A DNA stretch of 64,000 nucleotides from Verrucomicrobiota bacterium (GTDB taxonomy: Bacteria > Verrucomicrobiota > Verrucomicrobiia > Opitutales > Opitutaceae): contig JAEKKV010000023.1 in the NCBI GenBank assembly GCA_019510185.1, positions 9,366-73,365 of the forward strand. The letters are read 5' to 3'. Position 1 is the stretch's first letter, and every line of letters begins with the position of its first letter. Below are positions 29,328 to 38,209 of the stretch, one piece after another. The position numbers were made by a program, and so were the translations under genes. The notes beneath the pieces are model-generated. The model saw only the letters and a list, made by a program, of their open reading frames with translations, did not search any database and had not been told where the DNA came from.

Positions 29328-30014
29328 TCAAAGAAAGGGAAGATCTTTGATTTCGGGCAGGGCCTCGACTTTCAATCGCGAGAGCAGCCGGACGATGTCT
29401 GCGAGATCGTAGGCGCTGAGTAGGCGTTGCAGATGGTCGGCCAAGGCCTCGGCGGGGCCGCCGAGCAGGCGGAGTTCTTCGAGGCAGGTTTTGAGCACGG
29501 TGGTGCTGTGAAGTTCGGCGGCGACGGTCATGCGCGTGCGCAATTCCGGGGGCAGGATAATGCGCTCCAAATCGAGCGGCACCGTCTCGGGCGAGTCTGG
29601 CATGTCATCAAAACGGGCGCCGGGCACGCGCAGCAGGCAGGCGCAGAGATCTTCGAGCCGAAACGGTTTGACCAGCAGGCTGTCGCCGGCGGCGTGAATG
29701 GCATCGCAGTCGGTGTCACTGAGCAGCGCGGCGGTGTGATAGATGACAGGCACCGAGACCGGTAGGCCGTCGGCACGGAGGCTGGCGAGCAGGGCCGGCC
29801 CGGTGGTCTCGCCAAGCAGCAGGTCGACGAAGAGAATGTCCGGTGTGGACTGCGCAATGTCGCGGGCGTTGTCGGCATTGGCGGCGGAGGCGACGCGACA
29901 GCCGAGATCCGCGAGCAGCCGGGTGAGCAACAGCCGGTTGTCGCGATTGCCGTCCACCACGAGAGCGCGGACAGTTACGTCGGGCGCGAGAGAAGCGGCG
30001 ATAGGGAAGGGCAT
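29328..30014 (-). CDS. Response-regulator receiver domain plus helical tail
   Basis: ALVVDG, LFVDL (phospho-Asp), HTA and LLVKPF; C-terminal helices resemble the tail of hybrid histidine kinases. Confidence 0.75.
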   Translation of the reverse strand: MPFPIAASLAPDVTVRALVVDGNRDNRLLLTRLLADLGCRVASAANADNARDIAQSTPDILFVDLLLGETTGPALLASLRADGLPVSVPVIYHTAALLSDTDCDAIHAAGDSLLVKPFRLEDLCACLLRVPGARFDDMPDSPETVPLDLERIILPPELRTRMTVAAELHSTTVLKTCLEELRLLGGPAEALADHLQRLLSAYDLADIVRLLSRLKVEALPEIKDLPFL

Positions 30015-30102
30015 GGCGCGAGGGACCGGCGCCTTTCGATAGCACAGGACATGCCTCGTCAGGCGCCTGCGTCTTCTTGTCTGCGCGCCCTCGCGCCGTC
30101 GC

Positions 30103-31224
30103 TCAGGTTTGGCCGGTGGCCAGCTCGCGTTCCTTCTCCGTTTTCAGGCGCAACTGACCGCAGGCGGCATCGATGTCGTGGCCCTTTTCCCGTCGTAAGG
30201 TGACGGAAATACGCGCGGCGCGCAGCACGTCGGCGAAGCGTTCCTGCCGGGTGACTGACGGGCGTTTCCAGGGAAGTCCCTCGACGGTGTTGTAGGGAAT
30301 CAAGTTCACGTGCGCGTGGAGGTCGCGGGCGATGTCACGGAGATGCTCGGCCTGCTCGATCGAGTCGTTGATCTCCTCGATGAGAATGAACTCCAGCGTG
30401 ACCATGCGGCCGTGCTTTTCGTTGAACGCCTGGATGGCCGGCAGCAGTTTGGCCAGCGGGTAGGCCTTGTTGACCGGCATGATTTTTTCACGGACCTCGT
30501 CGGTCGCGCCGTGCAGCGAGATGGCGAGGCGGAGGCCGAGCGGTTCGTCCGCGAGCTTCAGGATCTTCGGGACGAGTCCGCTGGTGGAGAGCGTGATGCG
30601 GCGGGCGCCGACCCCGAGGCCCCATTCGGCGTTCACGATCGTGAGGGCGCGGATGATGTTGTCGTAGTTGGCGAGCGGCTCGCCCATGCCCATGACCACG
30701 ATGTTGTCGAAGGAGGCGAGCTCCATGCGCGCGCGCGGCGTGCGGGCGTCCTCGCGGTAGCAAACCTGGAGGAGCTGGGCGACGATCTCGCCGGCGTTGA
30801 GGTCGCGCTTGAGGCCGGCGAGGCCGGAGGCGCAGAACGCGCAGGCCATGGCGCAGCCGACCTGGGTGGAGATGCAGATGGTCTTGCGCGAATGATCGAG
30901 GCCGACGCCCTCCTGCGGCACGCGGATGATCACGGTTTCGATGAGCGAGCGGTCGCCCATTTCGAGGAGGAGTTTGTCGGTGACGTCGTGCGACTGCTTG
31001 CCGATCACGAGCGAAGCCGGCATGAGTTCGAAGGTTTCCTCGAGCCACGTGCGCAGGGGCTTGGAGAGGTTGGACATGTCGTCCCAGGACCGGGCGCGTT
31101 TTTTGTAAACCCACTCGAGAATCTGCTTCGCGCGGAAAGCCGGCTCGCCTTTTTCGCGCAGGCGCGCGGTAAGGGAGTCAAGGGTCTCGCCGGTGAGCGG
31201 CGGCTTGGCGGGCGTGAATTTCAT
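30103..31224 (-). CDS. rlmN: 23S rRNA/tRNA m2A methyltransferase
   Basis: CISTQVGCAMACAFC radical-SAM motif, MGMGEPL and DIDAACGQL. Confidence 0.96.
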   Translation of the reverse strand: MKFTPAKPPLTGETLDSLTARLREKGEPAFRAKQILEWVYKKRARSWDDMSNLSKPLRTWLEETFELMPASLVIGKQSHDVTDKLLLEMGDRSLIETVIIRVPQEGVGLDHSRKTICISTQVGCAMACAFCASGLAGLKRDLNAGEIVAQLLQVCYREDARTPRARMELASFDNIVVMGMGEPLANYDNIIRALTIVNAEWGLGVGARRITLSTSGLVPKILKLADEPLGLRLAISLHGATDEVREKIMPVNKAYPLAKLLPAIQAFNEKHGRMVTLEFILIEEINDSIEQAEHLRDIARDLHAHVNLIPYNTVEGLPWKRPSVTRQERFADVLRAARISVTLRREKGHDIDAACGQLRLKTEKERELATGQT

Positions 31225-31254
31225 GAAGGACGAGTGGAGCGTGGCGGACTGAAA

Positions 31255-31334
31255 GTTGAGAGAAAAATCGCAGAAGCCAAATCCAAGTCGGGCGTTGCTG
31301 TCCGACTCTCAACCCTCAACTCTCAACACTCAAT
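31255..31334. repeat. Intergenic heptamer (NCTCAAY)x4 tandem repeat with one inverted copy
   Basis: TCTCAAC CCTCAAC TCTCAAC ACTCAAT at 31307-31334; GTTGAGAG at 31255-31262. Confidence 0.6.
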
Positions 31335-31340
31335 CGCCCA

Positions 31341-32462
31341 ATGAAAATCCTCCACCGCCACATCTTTGCGAGCGTGCTGTTCACCTGCCTGGTGGCGGCG
31401 GGATTGTTCGCCTTCGTGCTGATCGTGGGGAACGCCTTCAAGGATTTGCTGGGCTACATGCTGGCCGGCCAGCTGACGGTGGAGGCCTTCTTAAAACTGC
31501 TTGTCCTGCTGGTGCCTTACGTGGGGGCGCATGCGTTGCCGATGGGCATGCTCACGGGCGTGCTGCTCGTGCTGGGACGCATGTCGGCGCAGCAGGAAAT
31601 CACCGCGATGCGGGCGGCGGGGCTGGGCCTCGGCTATGCGGCGCGCCCGATTTTCGTCATCGCGATTCTCGGGCTGGCCGCCGCGCTGGCCATCAACTTT
31701 TACTACATGCCCCGTTCGCGCACGGCCTACCGCGATACGCTGAGCGAAGCGGTGAGGCAGAACCCGCTGAGCTTTATCGTGCCGAAGACCTTCATCCGCG
31801 ATTTCCCCGGCGTGGTCGTTTATGTGAACGAGAAGCACGGGCCGGCGATGAAAGATGTCTGGATCTGGCATCTCGACGAGCAGAAGCGGGTGAAGGACTT
31901 CGCCCGCGCGCGTTCCGGCCATATCGATTATGTGGAGACCGACAACAAGCTGGTGCTGACGCTGTCGGATGTTTCGCTCGAAACGCGCGACGAAAAAAAG
32001 CCGGAGGATTTTTCCGTGGCGCATCCCATCGGAACGTCGAGCGAGGCGACGTTCGACCTCAAGCTCGACAATCTCTTCGGCAAGCAGCAGTTCAGCCGCA
32101 AGCTGAGCTGGCTCACCTTCGGTGAGCTGCTCGACGAGCAAAAACGGCTGGCGGGCGCCCACGCCTCCGCGCGGGAGCGCATGAAGGTTTCCATCGCGGT
32201 GCACGAGAAAGTCGCCGGCGCGTTCACCATTCTGGCGTTTACCGTCATTGCGATTCCCTTGGGCATAAAGGTCTCGCGCAAGGAGACCTCGGCCAACCTC
32301 GGCATCGCGCTGGCGCTCGCGTTGGGTTATTACTTTCTCAACGTGGTCGTGGGCTGGCTCGACAAGCAGCCGGCGCTCCGGCCCGACCTGCTGCTTTGGC
32401 TGGCGCCCGTGCTCTACCTTGCCTTGGGCACCTGGCTCTTCCGCCGCGTGGGCCGGGCCTAG
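31341..32462 (+). CDS. LptF/LptG-family LPS export permease
   Basis: ALPMGMLTG...QEITAMRAAG, periplasmic domain, IAIPLGI and C-terminal TM helices. Confidence 0.9.
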   Translation: MKILHRHIFASVLFTCLVAAGLFAFVLIVGNAFKDLLGYMLAGQLTVEAFLKLLVLLVPYVGAHALPMGMLTGVLLVLGRMSAQQEITAMRAAGLGLGYAARPIFVIAILGLAAALAINFYYMPRSRTAYRDTLSEAVRQNPLSFIVPKTFIRDFPGVVVYVNEKHGPAMKDVWIWHLDEQKRVKDFARARSGHIDYVETDNKLVLTLSDVSLETRDEKKPEDFSVAHPIGTSSEATFDLKLDNLFGKQQFSRKLSWLTFGELLDEQKRLAGAHASARERMKVSIAVHEKVAGAFTILAFTVIAIPLGIKVSRKETSANLGIALALALGYYFLNVVVGWLDKQPALRPDLLLWLAPVLYLALGTWLFRRVGRA

Positions 32463-32466
32463 ACGT

Positions 32467-32513
32467 CAGGACTCGACCACCGGCCCGTTTGGCGGGCCGA
32501 TGGCGGAGTCCTG
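32467..32513. terminator. Long hairpin between convergent lptF/G and leuA
   Basis: CAGGACTC/GAGTCCTG outer stem and CGGCCCG/CGGGCCG inner stem. Confidence 0.55.
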
Positions 32514-32534
32514 CATGCGTGCTGGTGCTCCTGC

Positions 32535-34202
32535 TTAGGCTTTGGCCAAGGCGCGGTTGAGGGCGCTGACGACGGCCTTGATGGACGCGAGCTCGATGTT
32601 GGTGTCGATGCCGGCGCCAAAGAAGGCGTGGCCGCGGTCGGTTTTGATCTGGATGTAGGAGACCGCCCGCGCCTCGGCGCCGCTGCCCAGCGAGTGCTCG
32701 GCATAGCTCAACAGCTCGAATTTCGGCAGGCCGGCGGCGCGCAAGGACTGCACGAACGCGTCGATCGGGCCGTTGCCCGTGCCGGTGACGATCTTTTCGG
32801 CGCCGTAGGCGAGCAGGTCGGCCTGGCAGGTGACGGTGTGGCCGCGCTCGATCGTGCGGAATTCCTTCAACGCGATCGGCGTGGAGCGTTCGATATACTC
32901 ACGGACGAAGACGTCATGGATGTCCTGCGACGAGAGTTCGGCGCCCTTGGCGTCGGCCAGATCATTGACGATCCGGCCGATCTCCTTGTGCATCAGCTTG
33001 GGCAACTGGTAACCGAAATCGTTCTCCAGAATGTAGGCGACACCGCCTTTGCCGGACTGCGAGTTGATGCGGATGATCGCCTTGTAGCTGCGGCCGATGT
33101 CGGCGGGATCGACGGGAATGTAGAGCACGTCCCACGGGCGGTCGGGCTTCTGGAACGGCCACGATTTTTTGATGGCGTCCTGGTGGGAGCCGCTGAAGGC
33201 GGTGAAGACCAGCTCGCCCGCGTAGGGATGGCGCGGATGCACCTCCATGCGCGTGCAGCGCTCGTAGGTTTCGCGGATGCCGTTGATGTCGCCGAAATCG
33301 AGGTTCGGGTGGATGCCGTGCGTGTAGAGATTCAGCGCGACTGTGACAATGTCGAGGTTGCCCGTGCGTTCGCCGTTGCCGAAGAGCGTGCCTTCGACGC
33401 GGTCGGCGCCGGCCAACAGCGCCAGCTCGGTGGCGGCCACGCCGGTGCCGCGGTCGTTGTGCGTGTGCAACGACACGATGGTGGCGTCGCGGCGCGTCAG
33501 GTGCGTGCACATCCACTCGATCTGGTCGGCGTGGACGTTGGGTGTGGCATATTCGACGGTGGCAGGGAGGTTGAGGGTGATCTTGTTCTCCCGGGTGGGC
33601 TGCCAGGCGTCGGAGACGGCCTCGCAGATCTCCAGGGCGAATTCCAGCTCGGTGCTCGTGAAGCTCTCGGGCGAGTACTCCAGGCGCAGGCGGGTGCCGG
33701 CGTCGGTCAGGACGCGGCCATGCTGCTTCAACAACGCGACGGCCTTGGTGGCGATGGCCACGATGTCGGCCTTGGTCGCGCCGAAGACGTACTCGCGCTG
33801 CTTGGGCGAGGTGGAGTTGTAGAGATGGAAGATGACGTTCTTCGCGCCGCGCAAGGCCTCGATGGAGCGCACGATGAGTTCCTCGCGGCATTGGCAGAGG
33901 ATCTGGATGGAGACGTCGTCGGGGATGCGGTTTTCCTCGATCAGGCGGCGGCAGAAATCGAATTCGATCTGGGACGCGGAGGGGAAGCCGACCTCGATTT
34001 CCTTGAAGCCGATCTTCACCAGCAGGTCGAAGAACTCGAGTTTCTCCTCGACGCTCATGGGCTGGGCGAGGGCTTGGTTGCCGTCGCGCAAATCGACGCT
34101 GCACCACACGGGGGCGCGTTCGAGCACGCGATCGGGCCACTGGCGGTTGGTCAGCGGAACAGGGGGAAAGGGACGGTATTTCTTAACGGGAGCGGATTGC
34201 AT
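32535..34202 (-). CDS. leuA: 2-isopropylmalate synthase (yeast/actinobacterial type)
   Basis: VDLRDGNQAL, EVGFPSAS, HTHNDRG, GNGERTGN and SGSHQDAI; start chosen at MQSAPV. Confidence 0.96.
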   Translation of the reverse strand: MQSAPVKKYRPFPPVPLTNRQWPDRVLERAPVWCSVDLRDGNQALAQPMSVEEKLEFFDLLVKIGFKEIEVGFPSASQIEFDFCRRLIEENRIPDDVSIQILCQCREELIVRSIEALRGAKNVIFHLYNSTSPKQREYVFGATKADIVAIATKAVALLKQHGRVLTDAGTRLRLEYSPESFTSTELEFALEICEAVSDAWQPTRENKITLNLPATVEYATPNVHADQIEWMCTHLTRRDATIVSLHTHNDRGTGVAATELALLAGADRVEGTLFGNGERTGNLDIVTVALNLYTHGIHPNLDFGDINGIRETYERCTRMEVHPRHPYAGELVFTAFSGSHQDAIKKSWPFQKPDRPWDVLYIPVDPADIGRSYKAIIRINSQSGKGGVAYILENDFGYQLPKLMHKEIGRIVNDLADAKGAELSSQDIHDVFVREYIERSTPIALKEFRTIERGHTVTCQADLLAYGAEKIVTGTGNGPIDAFVQSLRAAGLPKFELLSYAEHSLGSGAEARAVSYIQIKTDRGHAFFGAGIDTNIELASIKAVVSALNRALAKA

Positions 34203-34230
34203 AAGCGAAACAGGGAAGCATGACGGTTGG

Positions 34231-34359
34231 AACAATAACGCCTCGCCGGAAAAAACCGGCGGCAGGCGGACTTAACAACGGACGCACGATCAGCCGAACA
34301 CGCGGCCCTCTCGGATCGTGCGTCTAGGTAAGTCGAAGCGCCTGAATGATGTTTCGCAT
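34231..34359 (-). promoter_or_regulatory. Putative leuA leader peptide (MRNIIQALRLT, 34324-34359) and attenuator
   Basis: Short ORF with Ile-Ile and two CTT Leu codons; 11-bp stem 34281-34291/34314-34324; terminator-like stem 34239-34268 with UUAUUGUU tail. Confidence 0.55.
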
Positions 34360-34413
34360 CAAGACCGGACACATAGCCGCGCCCCGGAGGCGAAGTCAAG
34401 GAACGCGTTGTAA

Positions 34414-34440
34414 TGTAACCCCGCCGTCGCAGCCGCGTCT
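34414..34440 (+). promoter_or_regulatory. ECF sigma-type promoter, TGTAACC ... CGTCT
   Basis: GTAAC-N16-CGTC spacing, 35 nt upstream of the ECF sigma ATG; fits the general ECF (AAC/CGT) consensus. Confidence 0.6.
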
Positions 34441-34474
34441 TGCCTGCTGTGTATGTTGCATCTTCCATCGCCTC

Positions 34475-35068
34475 ATGTCCCCTGACGACGAGCCATTCGA
34501 CCTTGCCGGTTGTCTCGAACGCGTTCGGGCGGCCGACCAGGCGGCGGCGCGCGCGCTTGTCGGGCATCTTCACCCCATGGTCATCCGCATCGTCCGTGCG
34601 CGCCTGCCCCGGCGCGTGGCCGAGGAGGATCTTACCCAGGAAATCTTTCTGAAGATGTTCACCCGCCTCACCCAGTTTCAGGGAAACGTGCCCTTTACGC
34701 ACTGGGTCTCCCGCATCGCGGTGACGACCTGCATCGACCACCTGCGCGCGCAGAAGCGTCGCCCGGAGTTCCGCTGGTCCGATCTTTCCGAAACCGAGGC
34801 GGAGATGCTCGACACCGTGCTGACCACCGACAACGCCGTGCAGGCGGGCGACGCCCTTGCCGCGCACGAGCTGGTGCACAAGCTGCTGGATCAACTCAAA
34901 CCCGACGACCGCATGGTCCTGCAACTTCTCGATCTTGAACAAAAAACCCTCGCCGAGGTGGGCGCGCTCACCGGCTGGAACATCACCCTCATCAAGGTCC
35001 GCGCCTTTCGCGCGCGCCGGAAACTGCAAAAGCTCTTCGTTGATTTAAAGAAAAAGGAACGCGCATGA
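34475..35068 (+). CDS. ECF RNA polymerase sigma factor
   Basis: DLTQEIFLKMF, WVSRIAVTTCIDHLR and IKVRAFRARRKL; start chosen at MSPDDE. Confidence 0.93.
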   Translation: MSPDDEPFDLAGCLERVRAADQAAARALVGHLHPMVIRIVRARLPRRVAEEDLTQEIFLKMFTRLTQFQGNVPFTHWVSRIAVTTCIDHLRAQKRRPEFRWSDLSETEAEMLDTVLTTDNAVQAGDALAAHELVHKLLDQLKPDDRMVLQLLDLEQKTLAEVGALTGWNITLIKVRAFRARRKLQKLFVDLKKKERA

Positions 35069-35370
35069 ACTCCTCCCGCTCCGCTTGGAACCGCCTCGTG
35101 GCGGCCGCCCGTCTGGCCCCCGCCGACATGCGTGACGTTTCCGCGCCTCCCGGCTTCACCACGCGCGTGACGGCCCTCGCGTTCGCCGCCGGCGGCCCGC
35201 CTTCCGTTGCGACGATGCTTGCCCGTCTTTCCTGGCGCGCCTTGGGCGTCGCCGCGCTGCTCATGCTCGTGAGCATCGTTGCCAATTTTAAACCGCTGCT
35301 CACCTCGTTGGAGCGTGATTCCGCCGCGCTGCTGAACGATCCCGTCGGCGAGTGGCTGGACAACTCCTGA
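35065..35370 (+). CDS. Putative anti-sigma membrane protein
   Basis: ATGA overlap with the sigma gene; PPGFTTRV motif and a single TM helix. Confidence 0.7.
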   Translation: MNSSRSAWNRLVAAARLAPADMRDVSAPPGFTTRVTALAFAAGGPPSVATMLARLSWRALGVAALLMLVSIVANFKPLLTSLERDSAALLNDPVGEWLDNS

Positions 35371-35373
35371 ACC

Positions 35374-35874
35374 ATGACGCTCAACTGGAAAATCTTCGCC
35401 GTCTTCACCGGCATCTTCATCGCCGGCGCGGTCACCGGCGGCTTCGTCAGCGCGCGCATGATCCGGCATTTTGCCGAGAAACGATTCACGCCCGATCAGT
35501 TCGGTCCGCAGCAGATGAAGAAGTTCACCGAGCAGCTCAACCTCACGCCCGAGCAGCGCGAAAAGATCCGCCCCGTCATTCTGCAGACGGCGGAGGATCT
35601 CAAAAAAGTTCGCCGTGACGCGTTCAAGGCCTCGACGGAATTGTTCGAACACATGGAGGCCGGGATCGCCAAGGAGCTGACCGACGCCCAACGCGCCCAG
35701 CTGCGCGAAATCCAGGAAAAGGAGCGCGAGCGCCGAAAGCAGTGGATGCTGGATCGGGCGAAGCGCGGCGACGCCCGGCCCGGTCCGGGGCCGGACGGGG
35801 TGCCTCCGGGTCCACCGTCGATGCCGCCCGCTCCGCCCTCGGCACCGGTCGCGCCGACGGCTCCGGCCACGTGA
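35374..35874 (+). CDS. Periplasmic Spy/CpxP-like helical protein
   Basis: N-terminal TM anchor, LNLTPEQREKIR and LTDAQRAQL (LTxxQ) motifs, Pro-rich tail. Confidence 0.75.
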   Translation: MTLNWKIFAVFTGIFIAGAVTGGFVSARMIRHFAEKRFTPDQFGPQQMKKFTEQLNLTPEQREKIRPVILQTAEDLKKVRRDAFKASTELFEHMEAGIAKELTDAQRAQLREIQEKERERRKQWMLDRAKRGDARPGPGPDGVPPGPPSMPPAPPSAPVAPTAPAT

Positions 35875-35971
35875 GCGTTGGCATGACGTTGTCCGGGAGC
35901 GGTCGCCCGGCCTCGTTATCGCGGGCAAAGATTCTCGTTGAACCGGCCGTGGCGCCGCCCACTGTTCGCGT

Positions 35972-36069
<98 letters not shown>

Positions 36070-36201
36070 CCTCTTTTCCCCCGGTGCGGACCGCCCGCGC
36101 GGCGGGTAATTCCCTCCCGCCGATGATGTTTCGCCGTCGCGGCGCCTCCGCCCGACACAGGGATTGCATGCCGGCGGCGCGGTGCCCACGTTGGACCGCT
36201 T

Positions 36202-38010
36202 ATGGCGTTGTTCAGCTTGCTCGATGTTAATCTCTGCTTCGGTGGTCCGGCGATTTTGGAAAACGTGAATTTCCAAGTCGATCCCGGCGAACGGCTGTGC
36301 CTGGTCGGTCGCAACGGCGCGGGCAAATCCACCCTCATGAAAATCATCGCCGGCGAGATGAAGCCCGACACCGGCGCCGTCTTCCGCCAGCCCGGCGCGG
36401 TCTTCACCCGGCTCGTGCAGGAAGTGCCCACCGACCTCGTCGGCTCCATCACCGACATCGTCACCTCGGGCCTGCGCCCGCAAGGCGAGCACGAGGAGGA
36501 TTGGGAGCGCGACCTGCGGGTGGACACCCTCATCGAGAAACTCAACCTCCCCGCCCAGGCCGATTTCTCCGCCCTCTCCGGCGGACTCAAGCGTCGCGCC
36601 CTCCTGGCCCGCGCGCTCGCCGGCCAGCCCGATCTGCTCCTCCTCGACGAGCCGACCAACCACCTCGACCTTGAGTCGATCCTCTGGCTCGAAGACTTCC
36701 TGCTCAGCGAGAAGATCACCCTTTTCTTCGTCACCCATGATCGCGCCTTTCTGCGCAAGCTCGCCACCCGCATCGTCGAACTCGACCGCGGCCGCCTTGC
36801 GAGCTGGGCCTGCGATTACGACACCTACCTCGTCCGCAAGGAGGAGGTCATCGCCGCCGAGGAGCGCAATCAGGCCCTCTTCGACAAAAAACTCGCGCAG
36901 GAGGAGGTCTGGATTCGGAAGGGCGTGAAGGCCCAGCGTTCGCGTGCCGTGGGCCGCATTCACGCCCTTGAAAAAATGCGCGAGGAGCGCCGTGCCCGCC
37001 GCGATCGCACAGGCAACGTGACCCTCCGCCTCGCCGAGGCCGAGAAGACCGGTGTGAAGGTGCTCGATGCGGAAAACGTCTCCTTCGCCTATCCCGACGG
37101 CCGCGTGCTCCTGCGCGATTTCTCCACCGTCATTACCCGTGGCGACAAGATCGGCATCATCGGGCCCAACGGCGCGGGCAAAACCACCCTCATCAAGCTC
37201 CTCCTCGGCCAGCTCGCGCCCACCAGCGGCGTGCTCAAGCTCGGGACCAAGCTGGAGGTTGTCTATTTCGACCAGCTCCGCGCCCAGATCGACGACAACA
37301 AGACCGTGGCCGACAACATCGCCGACGGAAATACTAGCGTCACCATCGACGGCCGCTCGCGCCACGTCATCAGCTATCTGCAGGATTTCCTTTTCACGCC
37401 CGACCGCGCCCGCACTCCCGCCCGCGTGCTCTCCGGCGGCGAACGCAACCGCCTGCTCCTCGCCCGGCTTTTCACCAAGCCCGCCAACGTCCTCGTGATG
37501 GACGAGCCCACCAACGACCTCGACGCCGAAACCCTCGATCTCCTGGAGGACCTCCTCGTCGAGTATCAGGGTACGCTTCTCATCGTGAGCCATGACCGCG
37601 ACTTCCTGGACAACGTCGTCACGAGCACGTTCGTTTTCGAGGGCAACGGCGTGATCGGCGAGTACGTGGGCGGCTACGCCGACTGGGTGCGGGAAAAGGA
37701 AAAAATGGCCGCGCTCCCCGTCAAGGCGGCGGAGCCTTCTCGGACGGCCTCCACGCCGAAATCCGGCGTGGTCAAATCCACCCGCAAGCTCAACAACAAG
37801 GAGCAGCGCGAACTTGAGACCCTGCCCGCCCTGATCGAGAAGCTCGAAACCGAGCAGGCCGCGCTGACGGAGAAATTGGCCGACGTGGCGATCTACCGCC
37901 GCGAGCCTGCCGCGGCCGCCGCCGCGAAAAAGCGCCTGGACGAGATCGAGACCGAGCACGCCGTCGCCTTCGCCCGTTGGGAAGAGCTGGAGGCGGCCAG
38001 GAACGGCTGA
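36202..38010 (+). CDS. uup: ABC-F family ATPase Uup
   Basis: Two NBDs (GRNGAGKS, LSGG, DEPTNHLD; GPNGAGKT, DEPTNDLD) and a C-terminal coiled coil. Confidence 0.92.
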   Translation: MALFSLLDVNLCFGGPAILENVNFQVDPGERLCLVGRNGAGKSTLMKIIAGEMKPDTGAVFRQPGAVFTRLVQEVPTDLVGSITDIVTSGLRPQGEHEEDWERDLRVDTLIEKLNLPAQADFSALSGGLKRRALLARALAGQPDLLLLDEPTNHLDLESILWLEDFLLSEKITLFFVTHDRAFLRKLATRIVELDRGRLASWACDYDTYLVRKEEVIAAEERNQALFDKKLAQEEVWIRKGVKAQRSRAVGRIHALEKMREERRARRDRTGNVTLRLAEAEKTGVKVLDAENVSFAYPDGRVLLRDFSTVITRGDKIGIIGPNGAGKTTLIKLLLGQLAPTSGVLKLGTKLEVVYFDQLRAQIDDNKTVADNIADGNTSVTIDGRSRHVISYLQDFLFTPDRARTPARVLSGGERNRLLLARLFTKPANVLVMDEPTNDLDAETLDLLEDLLVEYQGTLLIVSHDRDFLDNVVTSTFVFEGNGVIGEYVGGYADWVREKEKMAALPVKAAEPSRTASTPKSGVVKSTRKLNNKEQRELETLPALIEKLETEQAALTEKLADVAIYRREPAAAAAAKKRLDEIETEHAVAFARWEELEAARNG

Positions 38011-38209
38011 GCCCGTACGCGAAGGATCGGATTTTTCCCCTCGGTGGACTGCAATCGCCGGGGACGGGCGCTTCGTGTTGTTTTGGGGTTTTCAAATCGA
38101 GCTTCTCGGCTACATTTCCGGGGTCGCCACCCCGCGATCCGGGTTGTTCGCATTTGCGCACGACCTCCTTTCTACCTCCCCAAAATGACTGTTCCCGACT
38201 CCTACCCCC

